NCBI GenBank assembly: GCA_020692235.1
Contig: JAIMKU010000003.1
Location: forward strand, 358-64,357
Reading direction: 5' to 3'
DNA: 64,000 nucleotides
Source: Hydrogenophilus sp.
Lineage (GTDB): Bacteria; Pseudomonadota; Gammaproteobacteria; Burkholderiales; Thiobacillaceae
Below the pieces are notes generated by a model. That model saw nothing but the letters and a program-made list of their open reading frames with translations, was not told where the DNA came from and made no database searches. The translations under genes were made by a program, and so were the position numbers. The stretch's first letter is position 1. Each line of letters begins with the position of its first letter. Positions 52,828 through 62,927 of this stretch are shown piece by piece.

Positions 52828-53301
52828 ATGCCTACCTATGTTCGTACCGACAAGTGCGACGGTTGCAAGGGCCAGGACAAGACCGCTTGCATGTACATCT
52901 GCCCGCACGACCTGATGAAGCTGGACAAGGATGGTTCGGAAACCGGTCACGCCATGAAGGCCTTCAACCAGGAACCCGATCAGTGCTGGGAATGTTATTC
53001 CTGCGTGAAGATTTGCCCGCAGCAGGCCATCGAAGTCCGCCACTACGCCGACATCGTTCCTCTGGGCGGTTCAGTTCAGCCTCTGCGCGGTTCCGACTCC
53101 ATCATGTGGACCATCAAGTTCCGTAATGGCACCCTGAAGCGCTTCAAGTTCCCGATCCGGACCACCCCCGAGGGCTCCATCGATCCCTACGCCGGCAAGC
53201 CCATGCCCAAGATAGCAGACATCGAAAAGCCTGGCTTCTTCACCAAGGGCTACGCCAAGGGCTATCGTGCCGGCAACCCGGCCGAATTGATACGCAAGTA
53301 A
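52828..53301 (+). CDS. aprB: Adenylylsulfate reductase beta subunit
   Basis: CDGCKGQDKTACMYICPHDLM, CWECYSCVKICP, WTIKFRNG..KRFKFPIRTT. Confidence 0.96.
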   Translation: MPTYVRTDKCDGCKGQDKTACMYICPHDLMKLDKDGSETGHAMKAFNQEPDQCWECYSCVKICPQQAIEVRHYADIVPLGGSVQPLRGSDSIMWTIKFRNGTLKRFKFPIRTTPEGSIDPYAGKPMPKIADIEKPGFFTKGYAKGYRAGNPAELIRK

Positions 53302-53320
53302 TCCAAGAAGGGGAAAGATA

Positions 53321-55330
53321 ATGGCTGATTTTTCTAATCCAGAAGTAGTTCAGGAAGAAGTTGACATCCTGATAATCGGTGGCGGTATGGCCTCTTGCGG
53401 CGCCGCCTATGAAGTCGTGCGTTGGGCCGAAGCCGCGAAAGCGGAAACCGGCGTTGATCTGAAGATCAAGTTGGTCGACAAGGCCGCCATTGACCGTTCC
53501 GGCGCCGTGGCTCAAGGCCTGTCCGCCATCAACACCTACATCGGCGATACGCAAGACCCCGCCGACTACGCTCGTATGGTCTCCAATGACTTGATGGGCA
53601 TCACCCGCGACGACCTGACCTATGACTGCGGTCGCCACGTCGACGACTCCGTGCACATGTTTGAAGAGTGGGGCCTGCCCATTTGGAAGACCGACGAAAA
53701 CGGCGAGCGTCACGACGGCGCCCAGGGCATGACCCCGCTGAAGGACGGCGGCAAGTGCGTACGTTCCGGCAAGTGGCAGATCATGATCAACGGCGAATCC
53801 TACAAGTGGATCGTCGCCGAGGCCGCCAAGAAGGCACTGGGTCTGGATCGCATTCAGGAACGCGTTTTCATCGTTCACCTGATCAACGACAAGAACGACC
53901 CCAACCGCATCGCCGGCGCAGCCGGTTTCTCCGTCCGCGAGAACAAGGTCTACATCTACAAGGCCAAGGCCATCCTGCTGGCCGCCGGCGGTTGCGTGAA
54001 CATCTTCCGTCCCCGTTCCGTTGGCGAAGGCCAAGGTCGTGTCTGGTACGCGGTGTGGAATGCCGGTTCGACCTACGCCATGGCTGCCGAGGCCGGCGCC
54101 GAGCTGACCATGATGGAAAACCGCTTCGTGCCCGCCCGCTTCAAGGACGGTTACGGCCCGGTCGGTACCTGGTTCCTGCTGTTCAAGGCTCAGGCCACCA
54201 ACGCCTTCGGCGAGGCCTACATGGCCAAGAACAAGGACATGCTGAACGACTACCCGCCCTATGGCCAGGCTGCCGTTCCCGCTTCCTGTCTGCGTAACCA
54301 CCTGATGTTGCACGAAATGCAGGAAGGTCGCGGCCCGATATGGATGGACACCATCACGGCCCTCGCCAAAATGCGCAAGAAACTGACCCCACGTGAAGTG
54401 AAGAACCTCGAGGCGGAAGCCTGGGAAGACTTCCTCGACATGTCCGTCGGCCAATGCGGCATCTGGGTCGGCGAAAACGTCGATCCGGGAAAGAAGAAGT
54501 CCGAGTTGATGCCGACCGAGCCCTACCTCCTGGGTTCGCACTCCGGTTGCTGTGGCATGTGGGTATCCGGCCCGACCGACGTCGGCGCGCCAACCAAGGA
54601 AGAGTATAGCGGCGTCCCCGCTCACCTGCCGAGCGGCTGGAGCTGGGGCTATCGTAGCATGACCACCGTCAAGGGCCTGTTCACGGCCGGTGATGGCGTC
54701 GGTGCCTCCGGCCACAAGTTCTCCTCCGGCTCCCATGCCGAAGGTCGTATCGCGGCCAAGGGCATGGTCAAGTATTGCTTGGACAACAAGGGCTTCAAAC
54801 CGGAATTCAACGAAACCCCGGAGCAAATTGCCGAGGTCATCTGGAAGCCGGTACGTAACTACCTGGAGTTCAAGGACTACACGACAGCGATCGATGTCAA
54901 CCCCAACTACATCACCCCGAAGATGTTGCAGTTCCGTCTGCAAAAGATCATGGACGAATATGTAGCCGGTATCGCCACCTACTACAAGACCAACAACGTC
55001 ATGCTCGACATCGCCGAAGAGAAGTTGGGTTTCCTGAAGGAAGACGCTCAGAAGATGCGTGCCAAGGACCTGCACGAACTGCTGCGCGCCTGGGAAAACT
55101 ACCACCGCATTCTGACGGCCGAAGCCCACATGAAGCACATCCAGTTCCGCGAAGAAAGCCGTTATCCCGGCTTCTACTACCGCATGGACAAGAACTTTGT
55201 CGATGAGAAAAACTGGCACTGCTTCGTCAACTCGATCTATGACAAGAAGACCCACACCTGGACCTGCTTCAAGCGCAAGCACGTCGACCTGGTCGACAAG
55301 TCCAAGCTGTTCAAGGCCGCTGCTCACTAA
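53321..55330 (+). CDS. aprA: Adenylylsulfate reductase alpha subunit
   Basis: RSGAVAQGLSAINTY, WQIMINGESYK, RFKDGYGPVG, EPYLLGSHSG, ESRYPGFYYR. Confidence 0.97.
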   Translation: MADFSNPEVVQEEVDILIIGGGMASCGAAYEVVRWAEAAKAETGVDLKIKLVDKAAIDRSGAVAQGLSAINTYIGDTQDPADYARMVSNDLMGITRDDLTYDCGRHVDDSVHMFEEWGLPIWKTDENGERHDGAQGMTPLKDGGKCVRSGKWQIMINGESYKWIVAEAAKKALGLDRIQERVFIVHLINDKNDPNRIAGAAGFSVRENKVYIYKAKAILLAAGGCVNIFRPRSVGEGQGRVWYAVWNAGSTYAMAAEAGAELTMMENRFVPARFKDGYGPVGTWFLLFKAQATNAFGEAYMAKNKDMLNDYPPYGQAAVPASCLRNHLMLHEMQEGRGPIWMDTITALAKMRKKLTPREVKNLEAEAWEDFLDMSVGQCGIWVGENVDPGKKKSELMPTEPYLLGSHSGCCGMWVSGPTDVGAPTKEEYSGVPAHLPSGWSWGYRSMTTVKGLFTAGDGVGASGHKFSSGSHAEGRIAAKGMVKYCLDNKGFKPEFNETPEQIAEVIWKPVRNYLEFKDYTTAIDVNPNYITPKMLQFRLQKIMDEYVAGIATYYKTNNVMLDIAEEKLGFLKEDAQKMRAKDLHELLRAWENYHRILTAEAHMKHIQFREESRYPGFYYRMDKNFVDEKNWHCFVNSIYDKKTHTWTCFKRKHVDLVDKSKLFKAAAH

Positions 55331-55344
55331 GCAGTACGCTTTAG

Positions 55345-55382
55345 CAAAAAAAGCCGGGCGCTCACAAGGCGCCCGGTTTTTG
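55345..55382 (+). terminator. Intrinsic terminator after aprA
   Basis: CCGGGCGC-N7-GCGCCCGG followed by TTTTT, with an A run upstream. Confidence 0.8.
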
Positions 55383-55405
55383 CTTTAAAGAACCTAAACC
55401 CTACC

Positions 55406-55461
55406 TGTAGGAGCGGCTTTAGCCGCGAATCGGAACGATTGCATCTGAAGTCGCTCCTACA
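55406..55461. repeat. GTAG-family REP doublet
   Basis: TGTAGGAGCGGCTTTAGCCGCGA...CTGAAGTCGCTCCTACA. Confidence 0.75.
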
Positions 55462-55486
55462 GGCAGACTAGATAAGCGAGACCGCC

Positions 55487-56434
55487 ATGCAAGACTACGA
55501 CGAGCGTTTCAAGAACCTGGCCAAGGACGCCCCCTTCGAGGCCAACCCGGTCATTCCAACGATGCTGGAAGGCGACGCGCCACTCCAATTCCGCTGTCAT
55601 CGCGGCGTCAAATGCTGGAACGCCTGTTGCAGCAACATCGACATCACCCTGACGCCCTATGACATAGTGCGCCTGAAAAACCATCTTGGTCTCTCATCCG
55701 GCGAATTTTTGCAAAAGTACACCGTGCCCTACGAGATCGACAAGGATGGCACCCCTGGGGTCAAACTGCGCAGCGTGGACGGCGGTTCCGCCTGTCAGTT
55801 TATGGTCGAGGAAGGTTGCAGCGTCTATGGCGACCGGCCCACCGCGTGCCGCTATTACCCCGTCGCCCTGCTATCGGTGCGCCGCTCCGACGAATATGTC
55901 GATCGTCTTTCATTCGCGAAGGTGACCGAAAAAACCTGCTTCGGCCACCAGGAACCGGACACCCAGACCATCGACGAATATCGCGCGGACCAGGGTGCGG
56001 TCGAATACGACGAGAAGGGCCGTGGCTGGCGGCAACTGATCCTCAAGAAAAAATCCGCCGGCCCCGCCGTCGGCAAGCCGCCCATGATCTCCAAGCAGTT
56101 GTTCTTCATGGCCAGCTATGACCTCGATCGCTTCCGCGCCTTCGTCATCAGCGAGTCATTCAACAAGACCTACGATATCCCGGTCGCCGAGATGGCCGAG
56201 CTGATCGCCGACGATGAAAAGTTGCTGGCCTTCGGCGACCGGTTCCTGCGCCAGGTACTGTTCAACGAACAGTCGATTACCGAGAAGGACGGCGCCTACG
56301 AGGCCCGGGTTGAGCGTCTCAAGGCCAAGGCCGAACAGATCCGTGCCGAGTTTGAGGCCAACCGCGACCAGATCGAAAACGAAAAATACTGCGCTCCGCC
56401 TGGCCAGCCCGGCGACTGCGGCTGCGGCGATTAA
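55487..56434 (+). CDS. YkgJ/FliB-family cysteine-cluster protein
   Basis: CHRGVKCWNACC, LTPYDIVRL, ACQF, CSVYGDRPTACRYYP, CFGH; C-terminal DCGCGD. Confidence 0.88.
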   Translation: MQDYDERFKNLAKDAPFEANPVIPTMLEGDAPLQFRCHRGVKCWNACCSNIDITLTPYDIVRLKNHLGLSSGEFLQKYTVPYEIDKDGTPGVKLRSVDGGSACQFMVEEGCSVYGDRPTACRYYPVALLSVRRSDEYVDRLSFAKVTEKTCFGHQEPDTQTIDEYRADQGAVEYDEKGRGWRQLILKKKSAGPAVGKPPMISKQLFFMASYDLDRFRAFVISESFNKTYDIPVAEMAELIADDEKLLAFGDRFLRQVLFNEQSITEKDGAYEARVERLKAKAEQIRAEFEANRDQIENEKYCAPPGQPGDCGCGD

Positions 56435-56747
56435 TGCCCCGTACCTTCGCACCCGAGGCCCACTACATCCTGAGCGAGCCCTATTACGAGCCGCTCGGCG
56501 ATGAGATCGTCATCTTCGAGGCGGCCTACCGGAACGCCCTGCCAATTCTGCTCAAAGGCCCAACCGGCTGCGGCAAGACCCGGTTCATGGAATACATGGC
56601 CTGGCGGCGAGGCTGGATGCCGATACCGAGGTGGAAGCCAGTCTGGCCCTGCTCGATGCCGCCTATGCCCTGCCCGACTTCCGGCCCTTTTGCTATCAAG
56701 GCGCGCTAAATGAGAACTCATGGCAGCGGATCAACGTCGCCCGTTAG
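56434..56747 (+). pseudogene. Truncated CbbQ/NorQ-type AAA+ ATPase joined to a probable vWA-partner fragment
   Basis: EPYY...LLKGPTGCGKTRFMEYMAWR, then homology stops at ~56607. Another frame gives RLDADTEVEASL...PFCYQGAL..., ending with TAG at 56747. Confidence 0.75.
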
Positions 56748-56893
56748 CCCGGATATTGCATGAATTCGCGTGATGATCGCGACGGCCATTGTTTGCAATG
56801 GGAATCTTGCGAAGAAGCGGCGTAGTTATTCATACGCCCGACTGAGCAAGACTTTCCAGTGCGGACAAGGGGCCAGCGAGGGCGCGCGAGTAT

Positions 56894-58648
56894 TCATGCA
56901 ATATCCGGGTTAGTTGCCAATACCGCCGCCCAAGACCGCCGATCTTCCGGGTACCGGGTGATGGCCCGAACCAGATCGCTCCGCCATTGCGGCCAATGGC
57001 TCTGGATGCGCGCGTAACAGGGCGAATCGGCGCCGAAATTGTGTTCCATATTGGCGCTGAAGCGCTTGAAGTCTGCGACTGCGACGGTGTCTATCCGCGA
57101 CCGATTCCACCACTGAGCCGGGTCGTTCAGAAGCGTCTTCAACTGGTCGAGTTGTTCAATGATGGCCCGATGTTTGGCCGCGTATTTTTCCAGCATCTCG
57201 GTATGCACCGCCTCGACCACCTCGGTAGTTACGGTCTCGGCCAAGGCCCGTTCCGGGAAGCCTGGCGACGTCAGCCGTTGCAGCGAAAACAGCATCACGT
57301 CGCCGTAGAACTGGCGTTCGAATTCGCCGCACAGTTCGATGGCCTCGGCCTGGACCTCGATACCGGGCCGAAACTCGGAGCGCCCGATGACCTCCACCGT
57401 CCGCTTGTGCAGCATGGGCAGGTTGGCTGACACGAAACGGCCGCCGATCTCCGACCGGACAATCCGGCCCAGGCTCGGGCCCAGCATCCGCAAGCGCAAA
57501 TCGGCAAAGGGGATGAAGTACTTCAGCGCCTCCGGCCGGAAGACGTAGTTGCCGGTATACACCGTGCGCGCCGGCTGGATGCTGGCAAGCGCCGCGAGTG
57601 GCGGGTAATAGGAGATACGGGTGGGATGCTCGCCGTAGAAGAAGCGCTTGAGCCGGCTGGCGAAGTGCGTAAAGCAATCCATGTCGCTATGCGCGCCGGC
57701 CAGGGTGCAGCGGTAGCGATAGGCGTCGCCGGCCGGTTTGAAACCGAACAGGTCGGCCATGTCGTGGTAGGCCGCCTCGCCCACGCGGCGCGACTCGAAG
57801 CGATGCTGGCCGCAGGGGCCTTGGCCGCCGCTGACGGCCATCCGACGCAGGAAGTCGATCACATCGTCGAGGAAGTTGCCGGCCATCACGGCGGGTGAAA
57901 CGGGCGGATCACCGACCACCTTGCCAGTCAACATCAGGGCGTCCGTTTGGCTGAATATCGCATCCAGCGCGTGGAAAAAGCTCAGGCCATAGACATCCTT
58001 ATCGCCTTCATCGGTGCTGACCTTGACCTTGAATTCCTGGTCGCTGTCGATGGCGTGGAACAACAGCCGCTCGGTGCCCCCCCACAGCGCGTTCAGCTTC
58101 AGGAAAGCGATATTGCGCATGACCGCCGAGCCCTTGTGCGCGAACGATTCCCGCGTTGCATGGCCCAAAATACCGGCCAGCCGTTCCCTTTCGTCCACGC
58201 TCAGCGAGTCCAGTAGTTCAAGTTGTTCGCTCAAGCCGAAATAGAGCGTATCGAGGCCTTGTCCGCTGCACTGGCAGGCAAGCGCCCGATGGGCTGCGAT
58301 ATTGGCTGCGTCGCGGCTATCGTCAGCAATGAACACCGCAACCTTTAAATACCGGCCGTCGCGCTGCCCGCCATAACCGAATAGCCGGCACAGTTCGAGC
58401 AGGCTATCGAGACAGATCTGTAAATGTCGCGGCCGATCGGCCACCGGGATGACAATAACGAAACGGTAGCGGTGGTCCTCACCCTGAGCCGCGATTTGCC
58501 GTTCCAGTTCCCGGTAGGCGGCTTGATAGGCGGGCAACAGCGCCTCGTTCAGGCCATCGCGCCAAAGCGCTTTTTCGATGGCAGCGATGGCCGTCTGTTG
58601 CGCCGCAATGCCTGGGTTATCGGTTCGACCGGTAGTCCGGGAAGGCAT
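56894..58648 (-). CDS. Hypothetical protein with GT-A (GT2-like) glycosyltransferase motifs
   Basis: 584 aa; VIVIPVADRPRHL..CLDSL, FIADDS, HKGSAVMRN, IDSD. Start overlaps the upstream gene by 32 nt. Confidence 0.6.
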   Translation of the reverse strand: MPSRTTGRTDNPGIAAQQTAIAAIEKALWRDGLNEALLPAYQAAYRELERQIAAQGEDHRYRFVIVIPVADRPRHLQICLDSLLELCRLFGYGGQRDGRYLKVAVFIADDSRDAANIAAHRALACQCSGQGLDTLYFGLSEQLELLDSLSVDERERLAGILGHATRESFAHKGSAVMRNIAFLKLNALWGGTERLLFHAIDSDQEFKVKVSTDEGDKDVYGLSFFHALDAIFSQTDALMLTGKVVGDPPVSPAVMAGNFLDDVIDFLRRMAVSGGQGPCGQHRFESRRVGEAAYHDMADLFGFKPAGDAYRYRCTLAGAHSDMDCFTHFASRLKRFFYGEHPTRISYYPPLAALASIQPARTVYTGNYVFRPEALKYFIPFADLRLRMLGPSLGRIVRSEIGGRFVSANLPMLHKRTVEVIGRSEFRPGIEVQAEAIELCGEFERQFYGDVMLFSLQRLTSPGFPERALAETVTTEVVEAVHTEMLEKYAAKHRAIIEQLDQLKTLLNDPAQWWNRSRIDTVAVADFKRFSANMEHNFGADSPCYARIQSHWPQWRSDLVRAITRYPEDRRSWAAVLATNPDIA

Positions 58649-60248
58649 TCTTGTCCAGCATGATTTCGATGAGGTTGATCGAGCCGGTTAGATCGGCCTT
58701 GGCGAACAGGGCATCGACATCGGCCTCCGCCTCGATCTTCCAGTGGCGGATGCCGAACGCCAGGGCCAGATAGGCAAAGTCCGGGTTGACGAAGTCGCAA
58801 TCGATGTAGCGCCCGCCATAAAGCTGAGACTGGTTCTTGCGGATCAGGCCCATGGCGGCGTTGTTGATGACCACGATATTGAGCGGAATGGCGTAATTGA
58901 CCGCGGTCATGATCTCCATGCAGCACATCTGGAAGCCACCGTCGCCGAGGATGGCGAAGGTTGGCCTGGGCTTGGCGAAGCGCGCCCCGATGGCTGCCGG
59001 GATGGCATGGCCAAGCGAGGAAATCCCGGAGTTGGGGAAATAGCGGTTGCTGAGCGCCGACTTGAAAAAACGCTGAGCGAAGATGATGTTGTCATCGAAG
59101 ATCTGGACATCCTCCTGGAACCGTGCCGCCAGCCTGGTAAAAAGATGCTCCATCAAGCGAAATTTTGCCGGGCTGGACGAGGCCGAGTGGCCGGCCAGCC
59201 GGTCGAGCGACTTGCTTGCCATAGCGGCCGTTTCGACCGCCGCCAGGAGGTCGTCCAGGACGGCGCCGAGATCGCCGTGGATGGCCAGATCGGCCTTGAA
59301 CACCTTTTCCAGTTGCCCCTCGTCGATGTCCACCTGAGCGATCTTTTTGCCGGCCAAAAGTGTGCCGTCCCACAGGTAGCTGGTGCGCTCGTTGAAGCTT
59401 GCCCCAAGGAATATGACCAGATCGGCATATTCGACGATATAACGGTAGGCCCGGCCATCCGAGGTCACCCCCAGGCTACCTAGCGACAGCCCGGCACCTT
59501 CGCTAATCACGCCCTTGGCCTTGAGGCTGGTGGCGACCGGGATATTGAGCGCCTCGCTCAAATGGGCGACGGCCGCCTGCGCGCCCGCCTGAACGCAGCC
59601 ATGACCGGCAATAATGACCGGGTAGCGCGCCTCGGCGATCAGAGCGGCCAGTTCAGAGGCCGGGGCGTGGCTTTTAAGCGCCGCCATAGGATGAAAATCA
59701 ATGCCGTCCAGCAGGTTATCCGGGACCTGTTCTTTCTGAACGTTATAGGGCACGCTGAGCAGCACCGGCCCGGGGGCCGCCGAGAGCAGAATCCGGGCTG
59801 CCCGGTTCAGCACCTGACCAAGGTAATCGGTGCGTTCGACGACCTTGTGATAGCGGGTAATGCCGCCGAACAGGGCCGTCTGATCGATGGCGCCGCCCTC
59901 GCCCGAGCTTTCCTGCAAACCGCCCTTACCGAAGATGTAGGTCGAGGTCTCGCCGGTGACGATCAGTATCGGTTGCTTGTCGGCATAGGCATTGGCGATG
60001 CCGGTCACTAGATTGGTAGCCCCCGGTCCGGCCGTAGCGAGGCAGGCGCCGATCCCGCCCGAGACGCGGGCGAAGCCGCCGGCCATGAACGCCGCGCCCT
60101 GCTCGTGCTTGGCCAAAACGCTCTTGATCGGCGAGTCATACAGGCAGTCGTAGACGGGCAGGATATGGGCGCCCGGAATACCAAAAACGTGGCTCACGCC
60201 GAGACGTTCCATGAACCGGACCAGCAATTCGCTGACTGTAGTTTTCAT
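58617..60248 (-). CDS. ThDP-dependent enzyme, acetolactate-synthase-like superfamily
   Basis: FGIPGAH, KHEQGAAFMA, TAGPGATN, GDGGFQM...NN. Start set at MKTTVSE. Confidence 0.88.
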   Translation of the reverse strand: MKTTVSELLVRFMERLGVSHVFGIPGAHILPVYDCLYDSPIKSVLAKHEQGAAFMAGGFARVSGGIGACLATAGPGATNLVTGIANAYADKQPILIVTGETSTYIFGKGGLQESSGEGGAIDQTALFGGITRYHKVVERTDYLGQVLNRAARILLSAAPGPVLLSVPYNVQKEQVPDNLLDGIDFHPMAALKSHAPASELAALIAEARYPVIIAGHGCVQAGAQAAVAHLSEALNIPVATSLKAKGVISEGAGLSLGSLGVTSDGRAYRYIVEYADLVIFLGASFNERTSYLWDGTLLAGKKIAQVDIDEGQLEKVFKADLAIHGDLGAVLDDLLAAVETAAMASKSLDRLAGHSASSSPAKFRLMEHLFTRLAARFQEDVQIFDDNIIFAQRFFKSALSNRYFPNSGISSLGHAIPAAIGARFAKPRPTFAILGDGGFQMCCMEIMTAVNYAIPLNIVVINNAAMGLIRKNQSQLYGGRYIDCDFVNPDFAYLALAFGIRHWKIEAEADVDALFAKADLTGSINLIEIMLDKNAFPDYRSNR

Positions 60249-60398
60249 CTCATTCCCGCCCAGCTCCGCGCGTGCCCCGTTGCTGCGGGCTTTTTGACAA
60301 GACGGTAAGGCAAAGTCTGGATTTGAGCATAAGCCGGACCGTAGCGAAACCCGCTGCGGATTCATTAATGAGGATTAAGGGGCGGCGGCCAGCCGTAT

Positions 60399-60740
60399 TC
60401 AGACCTTCTTCAAAAAACAGGCCTTAAGCATGAAGCTGCCGGCATCCATCTTGCAGTCCACTTCATGGTCGCCGCCAACCAGGCGGATGCTCTTGACCTT
60501 GGCGCATTGCTTAAGCGTGATCAACGAGCCCTTGACCTTGAGGTCCTTGATTAGCACCACCGAGTCGCCGTCGCTCAGTACCGTACCGTTGGCATCCTTG
60601 ACTACGGCGCCCGCATCGGCGTCGGCGTGCGCCGCCTGGGCCATCGGCCACTCATGGCCGCAGTCGGCGCAAACATAGTTGTCGCCGTCCGGGTAGGTGT
60701 TCTCCATGGCGCATTGTGGGCAGGGTTGGATAGTGGACAT
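60399..60740 (-). CDS. yjdM: PhnA/YjdM zinc-ribbon protein
   Basis: CPQC...YVCADCGHEW, KDANG..L.DGDSVVLIKDLKVKG. Confidence 0.92.
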   Translation of the reverse strand: MSTIQPCPQCAMENTYPDGDNYVCADCGHEWPMAQAAHADADAGAVVKDANGTVLSDGDSVVLIKDLKVKGSLITLKQCAKVKSIRLVGGDHEVDCKMDAGSFMLKACFLKKV

Positions 60741-60861
60741 GATTACCGTCAAACTCCGAGTGATTCGAACAAGGCCGAAGGATACCCGATCCCGCCCTGG
60801 CCGGCGCGGCGCCTTATAATTCCGACAATCCCTGCCATTGGCCCAATCAAGGACGTCCATC

Positions 60862-62175
60862 GTGCAATCCCATAAAGACACGCTCATCGGCAAGATTCGC
60901 GACAAGACCGCAGTAATCGGCGTGGTCGGGCTGGGCTACGTCGGCCTGCCGCTGGCGCTGCGCTACAGTGAAGCGGGCTTCCGGGTGCTCGGCATCGACA
61001 TCGACCCGGCCAAGATCGACACCCTGACGCGGGGCGAAAACTATATCGAACACATCCCGGTCGAGGCCATCCGCGCCGCCAACGCCAGCGGCTTTGACTG
61101 CACCACCGATTTCGCTCGCGCCCATGATGCCGATGCACTCATTATTTGCGTACCGACGCCGCTCAACCGGTTCCGCGAGCCAGACCTGAGCTTCGTCCTC
61201 AATACCACCGAGGCCCTGACCCCGCACTTGCGGCCAGGGCAAATCCTGTCCCTGGAAAGCACCACCTATCCCGGCACCACCGACGAGGAACTTCTGCCCC
61301 GGATCGAAGCGCGCGGCCTCAAGGTGGGTAAAGAGGTGTTCCTCTGCTTCTCGCCGGAGCGAGAAGACCCAGGCAATCCGGATTTTGTCACCCGCACCAT
61401 TGCCAAGGTCTGCGGCGGCGTCACACCGGCCTGTCTCGAAGTGGGACTGGCGCTCTACGGCCAGGCCATCGATCAGGTGGTGCCGGTCAGTTCGACCCGC
61501 GTCGCAGAGATGACCAAGCTGCTGGAAAACATCCACCGCGCCGTTAATATCGGCCTGGTCAACGAGTTGAAGATCGTCTGCGACCGGATGGCCATCGACA
61601 TCCACGAGGTGATCCGCGCGGCCGCCACCAAACCGTTTGGCTTTGTGCCCTACTACCCCGGCCCCGGCCTGGGCGGCCACTGCATCCCCATCGACCCCTT
61701 CTACCTGACCTGGAAAGCGCGCGAATACGGCGTCCATACCCGGTTCATCGAGCTGGCCGGCGAGGTCAACAGCCACATGCCGGAATGGGTGCTAGGCAAG
61801 ATCGGCGACGCCCTGAACGTGCGCGGCAAGACCATCAAGGGCTGTCGAGTGCTGGTCCTGGGCATCGCCTACAAAAAGAACATCGATGACACCCGTGAAT
61901 CGCCCTCGGTGGCGATGATGGAGCTGCTACGCACCAAGGGCGCAGAGGTTGCCTACAGTGACCCCCATGTGCCGGTCTTCCCGAAGATGCGCGAACACCA
62001 TTTCGATTTGCGCAGCGTGCCGCTCGATCCGGAGAGCGTCGCGGGCTACGACGTGCTGCTCCTGGCTACCAACCACGATGCCTTCGATTACCCCATGCTC
62101 GGCCTTTATGCCAAGCTGATCGTCGATACCCGTGGCGTTTATATGGAGCCGGCGCCCAATATCGTCAAGGCTTGA
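60862..62175 (+). CDS. Nucleotide-sugar dehydrogenase (UDP-GlcNAc 6-dehydrogenase, WbpA-like)
   Basis: [44 protein letters not shown] start with AAGGA RBS. Confidence 0.9.
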   Translation: MQSHKDTLIGKIRDKTAVIGVVGLGYVGLPLALRYSEAGFRVLGIDIDPAKIDTLTRGENYIEHIPVEAIRAANASGFDCTTDFARAHDADALIICVPTPLNRFREPDLSFVLNTTEALTPHLRPGQILSLESTTYPGTTDEELLPRIEARGLKVGKEVFLCFSPEREDPGNPDFVTRTIAKVCGGVTPACLEVGLALYGQAIDQVVPVSSTRVAEMTKLLENIHRAVNIGLVNELKIVCDRMAIDIHEVIRAAATKPFGFVPYYPGPGLGGHCIPIDPFYLTWKAREYGVHTRFIELAGEVNSHMPEWVLGKIGDALNVRGKTIKGCRVLVLGIAYKKNIDDTRESPSVAMMELLRTKGAEVAYSDPHVPVFPKMREHHFDLRSVPLDPESVAGYDVLLLATNHDAFDYPMLGLYAKLIVDTRGVYMEPAPNIVKA

Positions 62176-62240
62176 ACTCAGCGAGCCAAATTGACAAGAT
62201 CAATCTTCGAACCATCTCTTACCGAGTCCATATCCGAGCC

Positions 62241-62927
62241 ATGCGCCTGTTAATCATCGAAGACAACCGCGATATCACCGCCAACCTGATGGATTTTCTC
62301 GAGGCCCGCGGCCATGTGGTGGATATGGCGGGCGACGGCGTGGGCGGCTTGCATCTCGCACTGACCAACGATTACGACGCCATCGTATTGGACCTCATGC
62401 TGCCCGGAATGGATGGTCTGACGCTGTGCCGCAAGCTACGCACCGAGGCCGAGCGGCATACGCCGGTCCTTATGTTGACGGCGCGCGACTCGCTCGACGA
62501 CAAGATTCAGGGACTGGAGGCCGGCGCCGACGATTATGTGGTCAAGCCATTCGCCCTGCGTGAGGTGGAAACCCGTCTGCGCACCATCGCCCGGCGCGGC
62601 CTGCCCCAGGGCCAGGCGCAAAAGCTGCGGGTGGCCGACCTGAGCTATGACATCGGCACCTACCGGGTGATGCGCGGCGAACAGGCCATCGACCTGCCGC
62701 CCATCCCGCTCAAATTGCTGGAATTACTGATGCGCGCCTCGCCGCAGGTGGTCACGCGGCAACAGATGGAGGCCGTCGTATGGGCCGACCATCCGCCCGA
62801 TAGCGACGCCCTCAAGGCCCATCTGCATATCCTGCGCGACGCCATCGACAAGGCCTTCGTCACCCACCTGCTGCGCACCGTGCGCGGGGTCGGTTACCAG
62901 ATCGCGGACCCCAATGCGGCGGCATAG
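62241..62927 (+). CDS. OmpR-family response regulator (ColR-like)
   Basis: LIIEDN, VLDLMLPGMDG, LTAR, ADDYVVKPF, RTVRGVGY. Confidence 0.93.
   Translation: MRLLIIEDNRDITANLMDFLEARGHVVDMAGDGVGGLHLALTNDYDAIVLDLMLPGMDGLTLCRKLRTEAERHTPVLMLTARDSLDDKIQGLEAGADDYVVKPFALREVETRLRTIARRGLPQGQAQKLRVADLSYDIGTYRVMRGEQAIDLPPIPLKLLELLMRASPQVVTRQQMEAVVWADHPPDSDALKAHLHILRDAIDKAFVTHLLRTVRGVGYQIADPNAAA

Noticed and set aside
56434-56709. cbbQ-like gene as evidence that the Calvin cycle co-occurs with rTCA
   Set aside because: It is truncated, no RuBisCO gene is in the window, and the family also includes NorQ/NirQ and other MoxR ATPases.
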